From the human T2T-CHM13v2.0 reference genome, Homo sapiens, in the NCBI RefSeq assembly GCF_009914755.1, contig NC_060928.1: a stretch of 64,000 nt of DNA. The stretch is one strand, 5' to 3'. The notes beneath the pieces were generated by a model that worked only from the letters and a program-made list of their open reading frames with translations, searched no databases and was not told the origin of the DNA. Each line of letters begins with the position of its first letter. The first letter of the stretch is position 1. Made by a program: the position numbers and the translations under genes. Below, piece by piece: positions 14,129 to 28,009 of this stretch.

Positions 14129-14918
14129 AAAGCTAATATAATTTGGATTAAATCACCCCAAAATAAAATTTACCTGCCTCGTCTTCAGAATGCATAATGT
14201 CAGGGCTTTATTGATGTAGCTGCAGCTGAGGGGCCAAGATAGAAGGGTTTGTGAGAAAAGTCATGAAAACTAGTATTGGTGAATTTTAGCTGACCATATT
14301 CTTCACTGAAGTCTGTTCTCCAGGTTGCTTTCTAAGGCATAGGCCAACTATCCACGTACTCCTTACTTTCACAGCTGCTCTGGTACACTCTGTCTCTTGT
14401 CATTTTTCTTCTTGTAAGTCTGATTACACAGTGATAACGTTTAACGTAATAATATCAATACTTAATGATAATGGTCTGCTACCCATACCTTTCTCTTTCT
14501 ACAAAAGTACACCAAAGATGATTTTTTTTACTCCTAATAAATTTGGGGAAACAAAGAATAAAAAATAGTGTAGATTGGAAGCTTTACGTGTTTCATAATC
14601 TTTAAAATTTCTATAGATTATGATGTTGGTTTTTCTGATTTGGTATTCATTAGATCTGGGATTTTTGCCTTCTACTTATACTCTTTTCAGGGAATAGCTT
14701 AGTAGCTGCCCACATTCTTCTGATTTTGCCTTAATTGGAGGCAATATCTTTGCTAGACAAAAAAAAACCTTTCCTCGGTTGGCCACACCTCAAACAAGGT
14801 GATAATACAATCAAGCTTTAAGGGCCAAATAAATTGGTGTTATTTTTACTTAAGTGAATGGTTTTCATTTCTGAGGCCTTGTGAAGTGATGAATCTGCTT
14901 AACTCATTGAAATACTCT

Positions 14919-15418
14919 TGTGGGAAATTGGTACTGTCATGACTGCAGTGAATCACACTTCTCTGTATCCGTGCACCTTGGCATTGTGACCCTGAAGCCC
15001 CTCTAATCAAGAGGTAAGATTTACTTCTACACCTGTTGAAACTGGGGAAGCCTAGTGACTTGCTTTGACTAATAGAATGTGGTAGAAGTGACATAGTTTA
15101 AGTACTTAGAACTTAAGAGGTCTTGTAGCACCTATTCTTAACTTATTGGAGCCTTGAAACCACCATTCTGTGAGGAACCCAGCCAAGTCTATTAGAGGGT
15201 GAGAAGCCAAATAGAAGAGAACCAGTTGATAGCGAGCACCAACTGCCAGACCTGTTTAAGTCAAGCCGTCAGATGACTGCAGGTACATGAGTGATCCCAA
15301 GTAAGACTAAAAGAACTGCTCAAATTGACAACTTACAGGACTGTGAGAATTAATATATCATTATTTTAAACTGCTAAGTTTTGGAGTGTTTTTTACATAG
15401 CAGTAGATAACCGAAACA
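14919..15418 (+). mobile_element. Solo MaLR LTR, MLT1F-like
   Basis: Contains GTGACTTGCTTTGACTAATAGAATGTGGTAGAAGTGAC and ends CTAAGTTTTGGAGTG...ACATAGCAGTAGATAACCGAAACA. Confidence 0.8.
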
Positions 15419-15546
15419 ACTCCAAAGTGGAGAACTGTCAAGAGGAATGACCCTCACTTGCAGAAAGCCCAAGACTCAGATGTAATAAAATTACTACTCC
15501 AAAGTTATAAAACTTCTTTATCTCATATTTCCTTAAAAAATTATAT

Positions 15547-16550
<1,004 letters not shown>

Positions 16551-17089
16551 ATAAAAAAATTGTATAATTTTTATATGCATATGTCATTCCATCAGGTATT
16601 TATTTTTATAATCCAACAATATTTGCAATTTTATATTCTGTTGAATGCTATACCTATGTTTGTTTTGATCAGAAATACATTTAAAAATTTTGTTACCATT
16701 AATGCTCAAGCAAGATGTGTTTTATTTACCCTGTGGAAGCATAACCTCTGGCATATCACTCTGTACCCCAGTTTGAAGAGTAGTTTTTCTAACATATAGT
16801 TATTGAACTGCAAAGTGTTGAAAAAGGAGGCAGTTTTAACTGTCCATCCCTTGTAGTTTTGCCTGAATGCTGTTTCTTTCATCATTTGTGATGAACTCTC
16901 CTGCAGTTTCTCCTCTGTATCCTTGAAGAAGAATAAAAGTCATAGTTATCTGATTATAAGCATATTCATGAGAGACCCCAGTGAGAGCCTCTAGACTTGG
17001 TTTTGGTCAGTTCTCTACAGACCTAAGGTTTTGTTTTTTGTTGAGAAAAAATGTGATCTCTTCATTTTGTTTGCTAGAAAAAAATTAGT

Positions 17090-17148
17090 GGTTGCCTGGC
17101 AACCAGTTGCCCATCAGCTTCCTAAAGCAGGAGAAGTTGCTAGGTAAA
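17090..17148. promoter_or_regulatory. Candidate RFX X-box cluster
   Basis: Near-palindrome GGTTGCCTGGCAACC (17090-17104), half site GTTGCC (17106), and GTTGCTAGGTAAA (17136-17148), in non-repeat sequence. Confidence 0.45.
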
Positions 17149-17619
17149 TCATTTTACTCTTTTTTTTTCCAGAAAAGGCTGGACTTAACAGATTCTAGGG
17201 TCTGAAAAATTATCCTGGAAGCATCAGAAAGACAAAGAAAATAAGGAATTGACTTGATGTAACATTAAGCCAGTTTGCTGTAGTTCTGCTATTAAAATAT
17301 GGAAATACTTCCATGTATTTCTATACATAGCTATTGGTAAATAGCCACTTCTTTGATCCAGATGGGTGTTTTCTGTCCCCAGCTATCTTATTTTCTCCCC
17401 TGCCTCACCCATACCCTCTACATACAAAGGGCTAAAATCTGGAATTGTAGGGCTCTCCTCTAACACTCTGCTTCAGCAATTCTGATTGTTAAACATTTTC
17501 AGTCTGACCCCTGGAAATGACTATGCCTTATAGTACAATGTAGTTTTTATCAAAGTAATTGGGAGAATGGATAAAACAAAGTAAAAATAATAAAAAGGGC
17601 ATGAGAGTATGAATAAAAG

Positions 17620-17746
17620 GGCTTGTTGTGTTATAACTTTATGACTCACTAGCTCAGTGACATTGATCTTGTCTATCATGTCCACATCTGGATCATGAAG
17701 GAATTGAATTGTATAATCTCTAGAACCATGGTCAGTGCTAAGTTTT
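17620..17746 (+). mobile_element. Probable MIR-family remnant
   Basis: Weak core similarity: ACTCACTAGCTCAGTGACATTG...GGAATTGAATTGTATAATCTCTAG. Confidence 0.4.
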
Positions 17747-19617
17747 AAAATAATTTTAGGTAACGATTTCCATCTTTCAAGTTGAATTACATCTTAACTT
17801 AGAAAACATATACAATTTAGATAACATATAACTTAAAATGCAATGCCCATAGGTGATAGAAAAGACAACAAAATAAGCAGAAGGACCCTACTAGCAAAGG
17901 CTAACTATAAACCTTTGAGAGAAAATGGCAAAACTGGGCAGTAAGATAGAAAAAAGAGTGTTACTTGTTGTAGATTGTTTAAATACTTTAGGCATGCAAC
18001 TCTCAGGTGATTTTATAATTGGATTTATTAAGAACTAATCATAAAATTATAAACTTAATCAATAAGAGTTTAATCTGGGGCTAGCATAGTAAATGGCTCT
18101 CTTCCAGAAGAGTAACATATTGTATTCAATGGCTTTCACATCCTGATGAGATTTAGAAACAAAAGAGTATATATTACTCACTATAAATGTTTCCGTTAGA
18201 GAATCTCTCTTAATTTGCATAAAGTAATAATGATTAAATAAAGTTATATTTAGAAAGACATGAGGCTGGACATTAGCAAAATGATAAACTTGGAAGCTCC
18301 ATGTTTCCCCCATGAAAGCATCAAGAAATACCCAGAAATTGGTTGATTTAATCTTAAAGGAGCTTGAGAAAATAGTCAAAAGTCCATAGCAACCAAATAT
18401 ATGTCCAGTTAAGAAAAAGCCACCTTCAAAGTAGAATGAGATTTTGTGGAATTTTTATGTTCCCTTGCTCCACCTTCTCCTCAGTCCAGTGTGGTCTTGG
18501 TCTGAAGGAGGTGGCAGCCCAGCTCCCAGTTTTCTGCCTGTAACTGGAGAGAGCAGAGAAAATCTTATCTGCAAACTTCTCATCTGCCTGGGGACTACCT
18601 GAAAGACTGGTAACTGTCTTCTTAACTCAGATCTCAATGAGGAAAAGCAGCAGCAATACTTGTTAAACTGCAGAAATACTACAGACTTACCAATGCCTGG
18701 GGTAAAAGATTATAGGTGGAGACATACATTAGATCATTCAGAACCCTGAGAAGAATCTAGGGTGATGCTCTTTGGGAAATTAAGACATTCAAAATCAGTC
18801 ATAGTGTGGGAAGCTAAGAAACTATATGTGGCCCAAGATAAGAATGCATGGTCAGAAAATACCTGAGAAGAATTTAGTTTTTCACCTGGGACTGATACCT
18901 AAGTTCAGAGCAAGACTAGCTAATAAATGAAGGACTTCCCTGGCATAGAGCCAGTCTGCCAAATCAGATAGAGGTGGCTGTTTTTTCAAATGCCCTATTA
19001 AAAAAATCATAAGTCACAAAGAAAAACAGAGAAACATAGCCCACTCCAAGGAGCAAAATAGGCAGAAACTGTCCCTAAGGAAGATATTGGACTTACTAGA
19101 CAAAGACTTTAAAACATGTATCTTAAATATGCTCAAAGACATAAAGGAAAACATGGACAAAAAATTAAATTTAGCCAGGAAAATGATATATCAACAAAAT
19201 GAGAATATCAACAAAGGATAGAAATTATACAAAGAAAATTCTGAAGCTGAAAAATAGAGCTCTATTAAAAAATTCACTAGAGGAATTCAACAGCAGATTT
19301 GAGCAGGGAAGAAAGAATCAGTGAATTTGAAAACAGCAATTGAAATTGTCAAGTCTGAAAAACAAAATTTTTAAAAATGGAAAACAGTGAACCGAGCTTG
19401 GACACCATCAAAGCTGACCAATGTATCTATTGTAGGAGTCACAGAATTAGAAGAGACAAAGGAAAGAGGTATTATTTGAAAAGACAATGGATGAAAACTT
19501 CCAAAATATTATAAAAATATGGATGTACAAATTTAAGAAGCTCAAAGCACTCCAACTAAGATAAATCCCAAGGGACCCAAACTGAAACACCTTATAATCA
19601 AACTGTCAAAAGCCAAA

Positions 19618-20070
19618 TATTTCAATTCTGTTTATGTGATTAATCACATTTATTGATTTGCATACTTACATCCCAGAAATAAAGCCTACTTGGTTGTGAT
19701 GAATTCACTCTTTGATGTGCTGCTGGATTTCATTTGCTAATATTTTGTTGGGAATTTTTGCATGTATGTTCATCAGGTATATGGGCCTGTAGTTTTCCGT
19801 TTTCATTGTGTCTTTGCCAGATTTTAGTATCAGAGTGATGCTGGCTTCATGGAATGAGATAGGGAGGAGTCCTTCCTCCTTGATTTTTTGAAATAGTTTC
19901 AGTAGGAGTGGTACCAGCTCTTTTTTGTATGTCTGGTAGAATTTGGCTGTGAATCCATCTGGTCCAGGGCTTTTATTTGTTGCCTGGTTATTTTTATTAC
20001 TGACTGAATTTCAGAACTCATTATTGGTCTGCTCAGGGTCTCATTTTCTTCCTGATTCAATCTTGGAAGG
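19618..20070 (-). mobile_element. Inverted 5' segment of an L1PA15/16-like insertion
   Basis: Antisense ORF2 peptide [26 protein letters not shown], abutting the sense segment. Confidence 0.88.
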
Positions 20071-22304
20071 TATAAAGCCATTTGGTCATCTCAATAGATG
20101 CAGAAAAACCTTTTTATAAAATCCAATATCCTTTCATGGTAAAAATCCTCAACAAACTAGGCACTGAAGGAACATATCTCAAAATAATAACAGTCATTAT
20201 AACAAACCCATAGCCAGCATTATACTGAATAGGCAAAAGCTGGAAGCATTCACTTTGAGAATTAGAACAAGACAAAGGTGCCCACTTTCACCACTACTTT
20301 TCAAAACAGTACTGGAAGCCCTAACCAAAGCAATCAGGCATTCGAATAGGAAAAGATATAAAAGACATTCAAATAGGAAAAGAAGTTAAACTGTCTTCAC
20401 TGATGATATGATTCTATACTTAGAAAACCCTAAAGCCTCCATAAAAAAGGTTCCTAGAATTGATAAATGACTTGAGTAAAGTTTTAGGACACAAAAGTAA
20501 TGTATAAAAATAGTAGCATTTCTATACACCAATAGCATTCAATCCAAGAGCCAGATAAAGAGTGCAGTCCCATTTACAATAGCAACAAAAATAAAATACC
20601 TAGAAATACATTTAACCAAGGAAGTGCAAGATCTCTACAAAGAGAACTACAAAACACTGCTGTCAGAAATTATAGATGACACAAACAAATGGAATTCCAT
20701 GCTTATGAATGGAGGAATCGATATTGATAAAATGGCCATACTGCCTAAAGCCATCTACAGATTCAATGCTGTTTCTATTAAATCACCAAAGTCATTTTTC
20801 ATGGAATTAGAAAATCTATTCTAAAATTCATATGGAACCAAATCAGAGCCTGAATAGCAAAAGCAATCCTAAACATAAAGAACAAAGCTGGAAGCATTAT
20901 ATTGCCCAACTTTAAACTATACTACAAGGCCACAGTAACCAAAGCAGCATGGTACTGGTACAAAAACGACACATAGAACAATGGAACAGAAAGGAGAACC
21001 CAGAAATTAAACTCCACACCTACAACCAACTGATCTTTGACAAACTTAACTAAAAAAGCAATGGGGAAAGACTCTCTATTTAATAAATGGTGCTGGGATA
21101 ACTAGCTAGCCATATGCAGAAGGATAAAACTGGACCTTTCACCATGTGCAAAAGTTAACTCAGAATGGATTTAAGGTTTAAATGTAAGACTTCAAACTAT
21201 AAGAATTCTAGAAGAAAACCTAGGAAACACCATTCTGGACATCAGCCTTGAAACAAATTTATTATGAGTTCTTCCAAAGCAATTGCAACAAAAACAAAAA
21301 TTGACTAGTGAGACCAAATTAAGCTGAGGAGCTTCTGCACAGCAAAAGAAACTGTCAACAGAGTAAACAGACAGCCTACATAATTGGAGAAAATATTCAC
21401 AAGCTATGCATTTGACACAAGTGTACTATCCAGAATCTATAAGAAACTTAAATAATTCAACAGCAAAAAAAAAAAAAACTCCATTAAATATGGGCAAATG
21501 ACATGGATACTTCTCAAAGAAAGTCATACAAGTAGCCAAAAAATATGAGAAAATGTTCACTATCACTAATAAAAAAATGCAAATCAGAACCAACAATGAG
21601 ACACTATCTCACACCAGTCAGAATGGCTATTATTAAAATGTTAATAAAAAGATATTGGTGAGGCTGCAAAGAAAAAGGAATATTTATACACTGCTGGTGG
21701 GAATGTAAATTAGTTCAGCCACTGCGGAAAGCAGTTTGGAGATTTCTGAAATAACTAAAAATAGAATTACCATTTTGCCTAGCAATCCCATTACTGGTTA
21801 TATACCCAAAGGAAAAGAAATCATTCTACCAAAGAGAAACATACACTCATATGTTCAGTCCAGCACTATTCATAATAGCAAAGACACAGAATCAACCAAG
21901 GGTGGATTGGATAAAGAAAATGTAGTACATATACACCATGTAATACTGTGAGCCATAAAAAAGAATAAAATAATGTCCTTTGCAGCAAAATGGGTTCAGC
22001 CAGAGACCACTATCCTAAGTGAATTAATGCAGAAATAGAAAACTTAATATTCTATATTCTTACTTATAATGGGGAGCTAAGCAATGGTTACACATGGACA
22101 TAAAGATGGGGAAAATAGATACTAGGGACCACTAGGAAGGCAGGAAGGAAGGGGAAAAGTGTTGAAAAACTACCTATTGTGTACTATCCTCACTACCTGG
22201 GTGATGAGATTAGTCATACCCCAAAGCTCCACATCACACAATATTCCCATGTAAGAAATATGTGCATATACCGCTTGAATTTAAAATAATAGTGGCAATT
22301 TTTA
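20071..22304 (+). mobile_element. Sense segment of an L1PA15/16-like insertion (RT domain to 3' end)
   Basis: Peptide [22 protein letters not shown]. 3'UTR GTTGAAAAACTACCTATTGTGTACTATCCTCACTACCTGGGTGATG. Confidence 0.92.
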
Positions 22305-22383
22305 AAAAGTCAAAGCTTAAGAGAAAATTTTGAAAGTAGCAAGAGAGAAGTGACATCAATTTTAAGGAGTCCTCCACAAATTA

Positions 22384-22612
22384 CAGTTGGAGCATCCCAA
22401 ATTCTTAGTTCAAAGTCTGAAATGCTCCCAAATCAGAAACTTTTTGATTGCCATTTTGCTCAAAGGAAATGCTAATTGGAGCAATTTGGATTTGGGATTT
22501 TTAAATTTTGGATACTCAACCAGGAAGTGTAATGCGAATATTCCAAAATAAATAATCAAAAATCTGAAACACTTATCATCCTAAACATTTTGGATAAGGG
22601 ATATTCAACCTG
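22384..22612. mobile_element. Tigger4a/MER46A-like element
   Basis: Degenerate TIRs CAGTTGGAGCATCCC ... GGGGATATTCAACCTG. Internal TCTGAAATGCTCC and CTCAAAGGAAATGCT. Confidence 0.82.
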
Positions 22613-22822
22613 CATCCATGAATTTCTCAGCAGAAACATTGCAAACCAATAGGGTGCATGGTATATTTTAAATGCTAAAAGAATAACTACCTATCAACTG
22701 AGAATTCTGTATCTGGCAAAAATGACCTTCAGAAATGAAGAAATTAAGACATTCCAAGACCAAAGCTGAGGAAAATCATTGCCACTAGACATGCAAGAAA
22801 CACTAAAGAGTCCTTCAGATTG

Positions 22823-23205
22823 GTGGAATTTGTTTTATTTTCTTTTATATGTACATAAAATAAACTATTATACATATTTATTTAACTGATTTATTTATTT
22901 AACTGATTTAATACCCTTTCTTATTATTGGTCTGTTCAGATTTTCTATTTCTTCATGATTCAGTCTTGATAGGTTGTATGTATCTAGGAATTCACCAATT
23001 TCTTCTAGGTTAACCAATTGTTTGGCATATAATTTTCCATAATAGCCTTTTATGATCCTTTGTATTTTTGTGATATCAATTACAATGTCTCCTATTTCAT
23101 TTCCAGTTTTATTTATTTGAGTCTATTCTGTTTTTTCCAGTTAATTTAGCTACAGGTTTATCTATTTTGTTTATCTTTTTAAAAAACCAACTTAGTTTCA
23201 TTGAG
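22823..23205 (-). mobile_element. Internal L1 ORF2 fragment plus AT-rich filler, antisense
   Basis: ATTGGTCTGTTCAGATTTTCTATTTCTTCATGATTCAGTCTTG...TCTAGGAAT is typical antisense L1M ORF2. Confidence 0.8.
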
Positions 23206-24417
23206 AGAGTCTTTCTTATTGAAATTAAAGGATGTTAGTAACTTGAAACCATACAAAGATATAAAGATCTCTAGTTAGGATGAATATACAGGCAAATATA
23301 AAAGCTAGTTTTATTGTAATTTTGATTTATAATTCTACCTTTTGTTTTCTACAGAATTTAAAAGACAAATACATAAACATAATTTTAAATCTGTTACTGT
23401 GCATCCAATATGTAAAGAGGTAATTTATGACGTCAGTAATCTGGAGTGATGGCAACAGAGCTGTATAGGGGTAGAGTTTTGTATGCCATTGAAGTTAAAT
23501 TAGTATCAATTCAAATCATATTATTTTAACTTTAGGGTGTTGTAGGTAATGCGCTTGGTAATCACAAAGAGAATATATACAATATATACATAAAAGGCAA
23601 TGAGTGGAGAATAAAACCTTGTCATGATTCCATGTATATGAGAAATCTAGAATAGTCAAATTCATAAAGACAGAAGGTAGAACAGCGGTGATCAGGGGCT
23701 GGAAGGAAGACACAACAGAATATTATTGTTTAATAGGTGCAGAGTTTCAATTTGGGATGGCAAAGTTCTGGAGATGGATCGTGGTGAACGTAGCACAGCA
23801 ATGTGAATGTACGTTAGCGCCACTGGCTTGTGCACTCAAAATGGTTAAGATGGTAAATGTTATGTTATTTATATTTTACTACAACTTAAATAACAAAACC
23901 AGGCAAAAGACATGAAATTATGAAGAATATAAATTAAGAGCCATTATTTCTAGGACATATATTGTAAATGCCACTGAGTTGAATATTTTGGATATATATG
24001 ATTCATTTACTCAATTCAGTAACTTCATCAAAGTAAACAGATAAGCAAGTCAATGCTCAAAAAGTAAAATATTTTGCCCAAAAAAGAATACAAGGCAGTA
24101 AAAAAGATAGAATTTAAATTTTCATTGGTCTGAGTAAAAACTTGTTTCCTCTGTAATTTCATAGAAAAGAGAAAAAAATTAAAGAGGGTATTCAGGAAAT
24201 TTATAATAAAATATGAAGTTAATATTTATTGGAATATATATAGAAACAGAGTAACATCCTGTCATTAGAAATTCTAAGTGTTTTTATATGGAATAATTAT
24301 TATGAAATATTCTAGTTTATATTCAAAAGTAAGAAAAATAATTTATTAATAAAATTGACTTTAGTGAAGGCAACTCTAATTCACTATTTGATTTTAGGGA
24401 ATTAATCTCCTTTTTAC

Positions 24418-24832
24418 TCTGGTGGAAGATCTTAGATATTCACCCAAATACATGTTCTCTTCTTCCTGAGTTCACAGCTAGAGTATACTTTCCAGCCTCT
24501 TTGTGATTATGAGTTATCACGTAACTGAGTTCTAGCCACTGGATTGTGAAAATATGTATTCATCTGGCCTTTAAAATCCTTCCGCCAATACCCTCTATCT
24601 CTTTTCCATTCTGTTGTCAAAAATAAAGATGACATCCAATGTGACCTTGGAAGCTGTCAAGATGGCAGAGCTGTGTCACAGTAAGTTCTTAAAACACTGA
24701 AGAATAAGGATGTCCTATTTACTTGTTCAATCACCTGATATTGTTCATGATCAAGAAATACACTTCTATTGTGTTTGAGTCAGTATAAACGTGTGTCTTT
24801 TCTGAATAGGAGTTAGCCTACTCTAACTTATA
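24418..24832 (+). mobile_element. Solo MaLR LTR, MLT1J-like
   Basis: Contains TTTCCAGCCTC, ACTGAGTTCTAGCCA, AAGATGGCAGAGC and GAAATACACTTCTATTGTGTT. Confidence 0.7.
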
Positions 24833-26738
24833 AACTTATAATACCAGTAATAATTACTAGCTTGCTACGCATTATTAGGTTATATTCTATCTTCTACTTA
24901 TAATCAGTTAGAATAAGAAGGGTTGGGACATCAGCAAGAAGGCAGAATAGGCACTTCCAGCACTCATCCCTCTATGGAAACATCAGTTTGAATAACTATC
25001 TATGCCTGAAAATACCTTCACAAAAGCTAAGAAATTTAAGTCAGAGATTAAAGTACCTGAGTGGAGCACAGAAATAAGAAAAGACACTTTACAGAGCATG
25101 GGAGGAACAATTTCACCTTAGCCACATTACCCCTTCCCCACACCTGTACAGCACAGCATGGAGACAGAACCCCTTCGCATGGGACAAGGAGAGTGAAATG
25201 AGTACCCAGCTTTGCCATTGACCCAAGCACCAGGTCAGTCTTAATGATCCCTGATACCAGATCAGCCTCCATGGCCCCAGGCTCCTTTCCTAGCACAGCA
25301 AAGGAAGCAATGAACAAAATGAAAAGACAACCTAAAGATTAAGAGAAAATATTTGCCAACCATATATCTATAATATAAATATTCAAATATATAAGGAACT
25401 CATAGCTCAACAACACACTAGCACCAAGCTACACACTAGCACCTGTGTACTCAGGTTCTGAGCTTGCCTCAGACCCAGGCTAGACTTACCTCAGTGCCAG
25501 GCTGGCTCCCATGGACTTAAGCTATAGGTAACAACAAAGTTGAAAAACACTGTAGACCAGATGGATCTAAAAGACATACACAGAACATTCCATCCAACAT
25601 CAGAATACACATTCTTCTCAAGCAACATGGAACATTCTTCAGGATCGATCACATGTTAGATCACAAAACAAGTCTTAATAATTTAAAGAAGATCAACATA
25701 AAGTATCTGTTTCAGCCACAATGGGGTGAAACTAAAAATCAATAACAGCAAGCAACCACAACCAAACAAACTGAAAAACAAACAACAATCAAAAACACCT
25801 CACAGACACACTGAAAATAAGCACCACAATCTTAAAAAGCACTGAGTTAAAAAAGGAAATCAAAATGGAATTTGAAAAATATCTAGAGATAAATGAAAAT
25901 GAAAACACAGCATACCAAAAGTTAGGAGATGCAGCAAAAGCAGCACAAAGCAGGACATTTATAATGATAAATCTCTACATTACAAAAGAAGAAAGATCTC
26001 AAACAACTTAATGTTAGACCTCAAGGAACTAGAAAAAGAACAAAAGCCCAGCTAGCGGAAGGAAGGAAATAATAAATGTCAGGGCAGGAATAAATGAAAA
26101 AGACACAAACAAAACAAGAGAAAAAATCAACAAAATTATGAATGAATGAAAAAGACACTAACAAAACAATAGAAAAAATCAACAAAATTATAAGTCAGTG
26201 TTTTGAAAAGGTAAACAAAATGAATAAACCCATAGCTATACTAAGTAAAAAAAAGAGAAAATTCTCAAGTAAATAAAATCAGAAATAAAAGAGGAGACCT
26301 TACAACAGATGCCTCAGAAATAAAAAAGCATCATAAGGGACTATTAATTTCTTTAATAGTGTTGGGAAAACTGGATATTTGCATGTAAAAATTTAAAATT
26401 GTATCTTTATACACAAAAACAAACTTAAATGGATTAAAGACTTGAATATAAGACATGAAACTATAAAACTTCTAGAAGAAAAAATAGAGAATGTCTCCTT
26501 GATATTGGTCTTGGCAATAATTTTTTGAACATCGCACCAAAAGGCCAGGCAACGAAAGTAAAAACAAACAAGTGAGACTACATCAAACTAAAAAGCTTTA
26601 GCACAGCAAAGGAAACAATGAACAAAATGAAAAGACAACCTACAGATAGAGAAAATATTTGCCAACCATATATCTATAATATAAATATTCAAATATATAA
26701 GGAACTCATAGCTCAATAACACAAAAAACTAATTAAAA

Positions 26739-27213
26739 ATATAAAGACACATGCACATGTATGCTTATTGCAGCACTGTTTACAATAGCAAAGACTTGGA
26801 ACCAGCCCGAATGCCCATCAATGATAGACTGGATAAAGAAAATGTGGCACATATACACCATGGAATAGTATGCATCCATAAAAAAGGATGAGTTCATGTC
26901 CTTTGCAGGGACATGGATAAATCTGGAAACCATCCTTCTCAGCAAACTAACACAGGAACAGAAAACCAAACACCACATGTTCTCACTCATAAGTGGGAGT
27001 CGAACAATGAGAACACATGGACACAGGGAGGGGAACATCACACACAGGGGCCTGTCAGGGGGTGGGGGGCTAGGGGAGGGATAGCAGTAGGAGAAATACC
27101 TAATGTAGATGATGGGTTGATGGGTGCAGCAAACCACCATGGCACATGTATACCTATGTAACAAACCTGCACGTTCTGCACAAGTATCCCAGAACTTAAA
27201 GTATAATTTAAAA
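26739..27213 (+). mobile_element. Short L1PA7-like 3' end nested in L1MA
   Basis: Peptide MSFAGTWINLETILLSKLTQEQKTKHHMFSL and L1PA7-type 3'UTR. The host L1 resumes at GGCAAAATACCTGAATAGACATT. Confidence 0.92.
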
Positions 27214-27655
27214 ACTAGGCAAAATACCTGAATAGACATTTTTTTCCCAAGGAAGACACATAAATGATCAACAGGTAATATAAAAAGTTTCTCAACAAGC
27301 ATTAGGGAGATGCAAATCAAAACCACAATAAGATATCATATTATACCGTTAGGATGGCTGTTATCAAAAAGAGTAAGAAGTGTTGATGAGAATGTGAGAA
27401 AAGGGAACCTTTGCGCACTGTTGGTGGGAATGTAAACTGGTACAACCAGAAAATGTCATGGATATTTCTTTAAAAATTAAAAATAGAACTACCATATGAC
27501 CCAGCAAATCTTCTGCTGGGTATAGAGCCAAAGGGAATGATATCAGCACCTTGTAGAGATAGCTACACTCCCACATTCATTGCAGTATTATTTACAGTAA
27601 CGAAGATGTGGAAACAACCTAAGAATCCATGATGGATTAATGAGTAAAGAATTGT

Positions 27656-27656
27656 G

Positions 27657-27688
<32 letters not shown>

Positions 27689-27708
27689 CAGATATGCACA
27701 CACACAGA
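27656..27708. repeat. (CT)n and (CA)n microsatellite inside L1MA
   Basis: Directly visible. Confidence 0.9.
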
Positions 27709-28009
27709 GAAATATTATTTAGGCTTAAAAAAGGAGGTATTGTTATTTATAACAACATAGATCAACCTGAAAGATGTTATGCTAAGTGAAATAAGGCAGA
27801 AACAGAGAGAAAAATGCCGTATTATCTCACTTATATGTGGACTATATATTTCAAACATGTAGAAACAGAGAGTAGATCAGTGGTTACCAGAAATGGGTAG
27901 GGGAGGAAATGGGAAGTGGGTAAAAGAGTACTGTAGTTATGTAGGAAGTGTTAAGTCCAGAGATCTAACATACAGTATGAGGACTATAATTTAATAATAC
28001 GATATTATA

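Larger units (their letters stand above)
18255..23892 (+). mobile_element. Old L1M (L1MB-like) host: 5'UTR, ORF1, inter-ORF, then 3'UTR; interrupted by three insertions
   Basis: ORF1-like GATGAAAACTTCCAAAAT...ATAATCAAACTGTCAAAAGCCAAA resumes at 22305 (GAGAAAATTTTGAAAGTAGCAAGAGAGAAG), 22613 and 23206. 3' end AAAATGGTTAAGATGGTAAAT...ATATTTTACTACAAC. Confidence 0.8.

Noticed and set aside
26733-27326. 197-aa minus-strand ORF
   Set aside because: Antisense reading across nested L1 3' ends.
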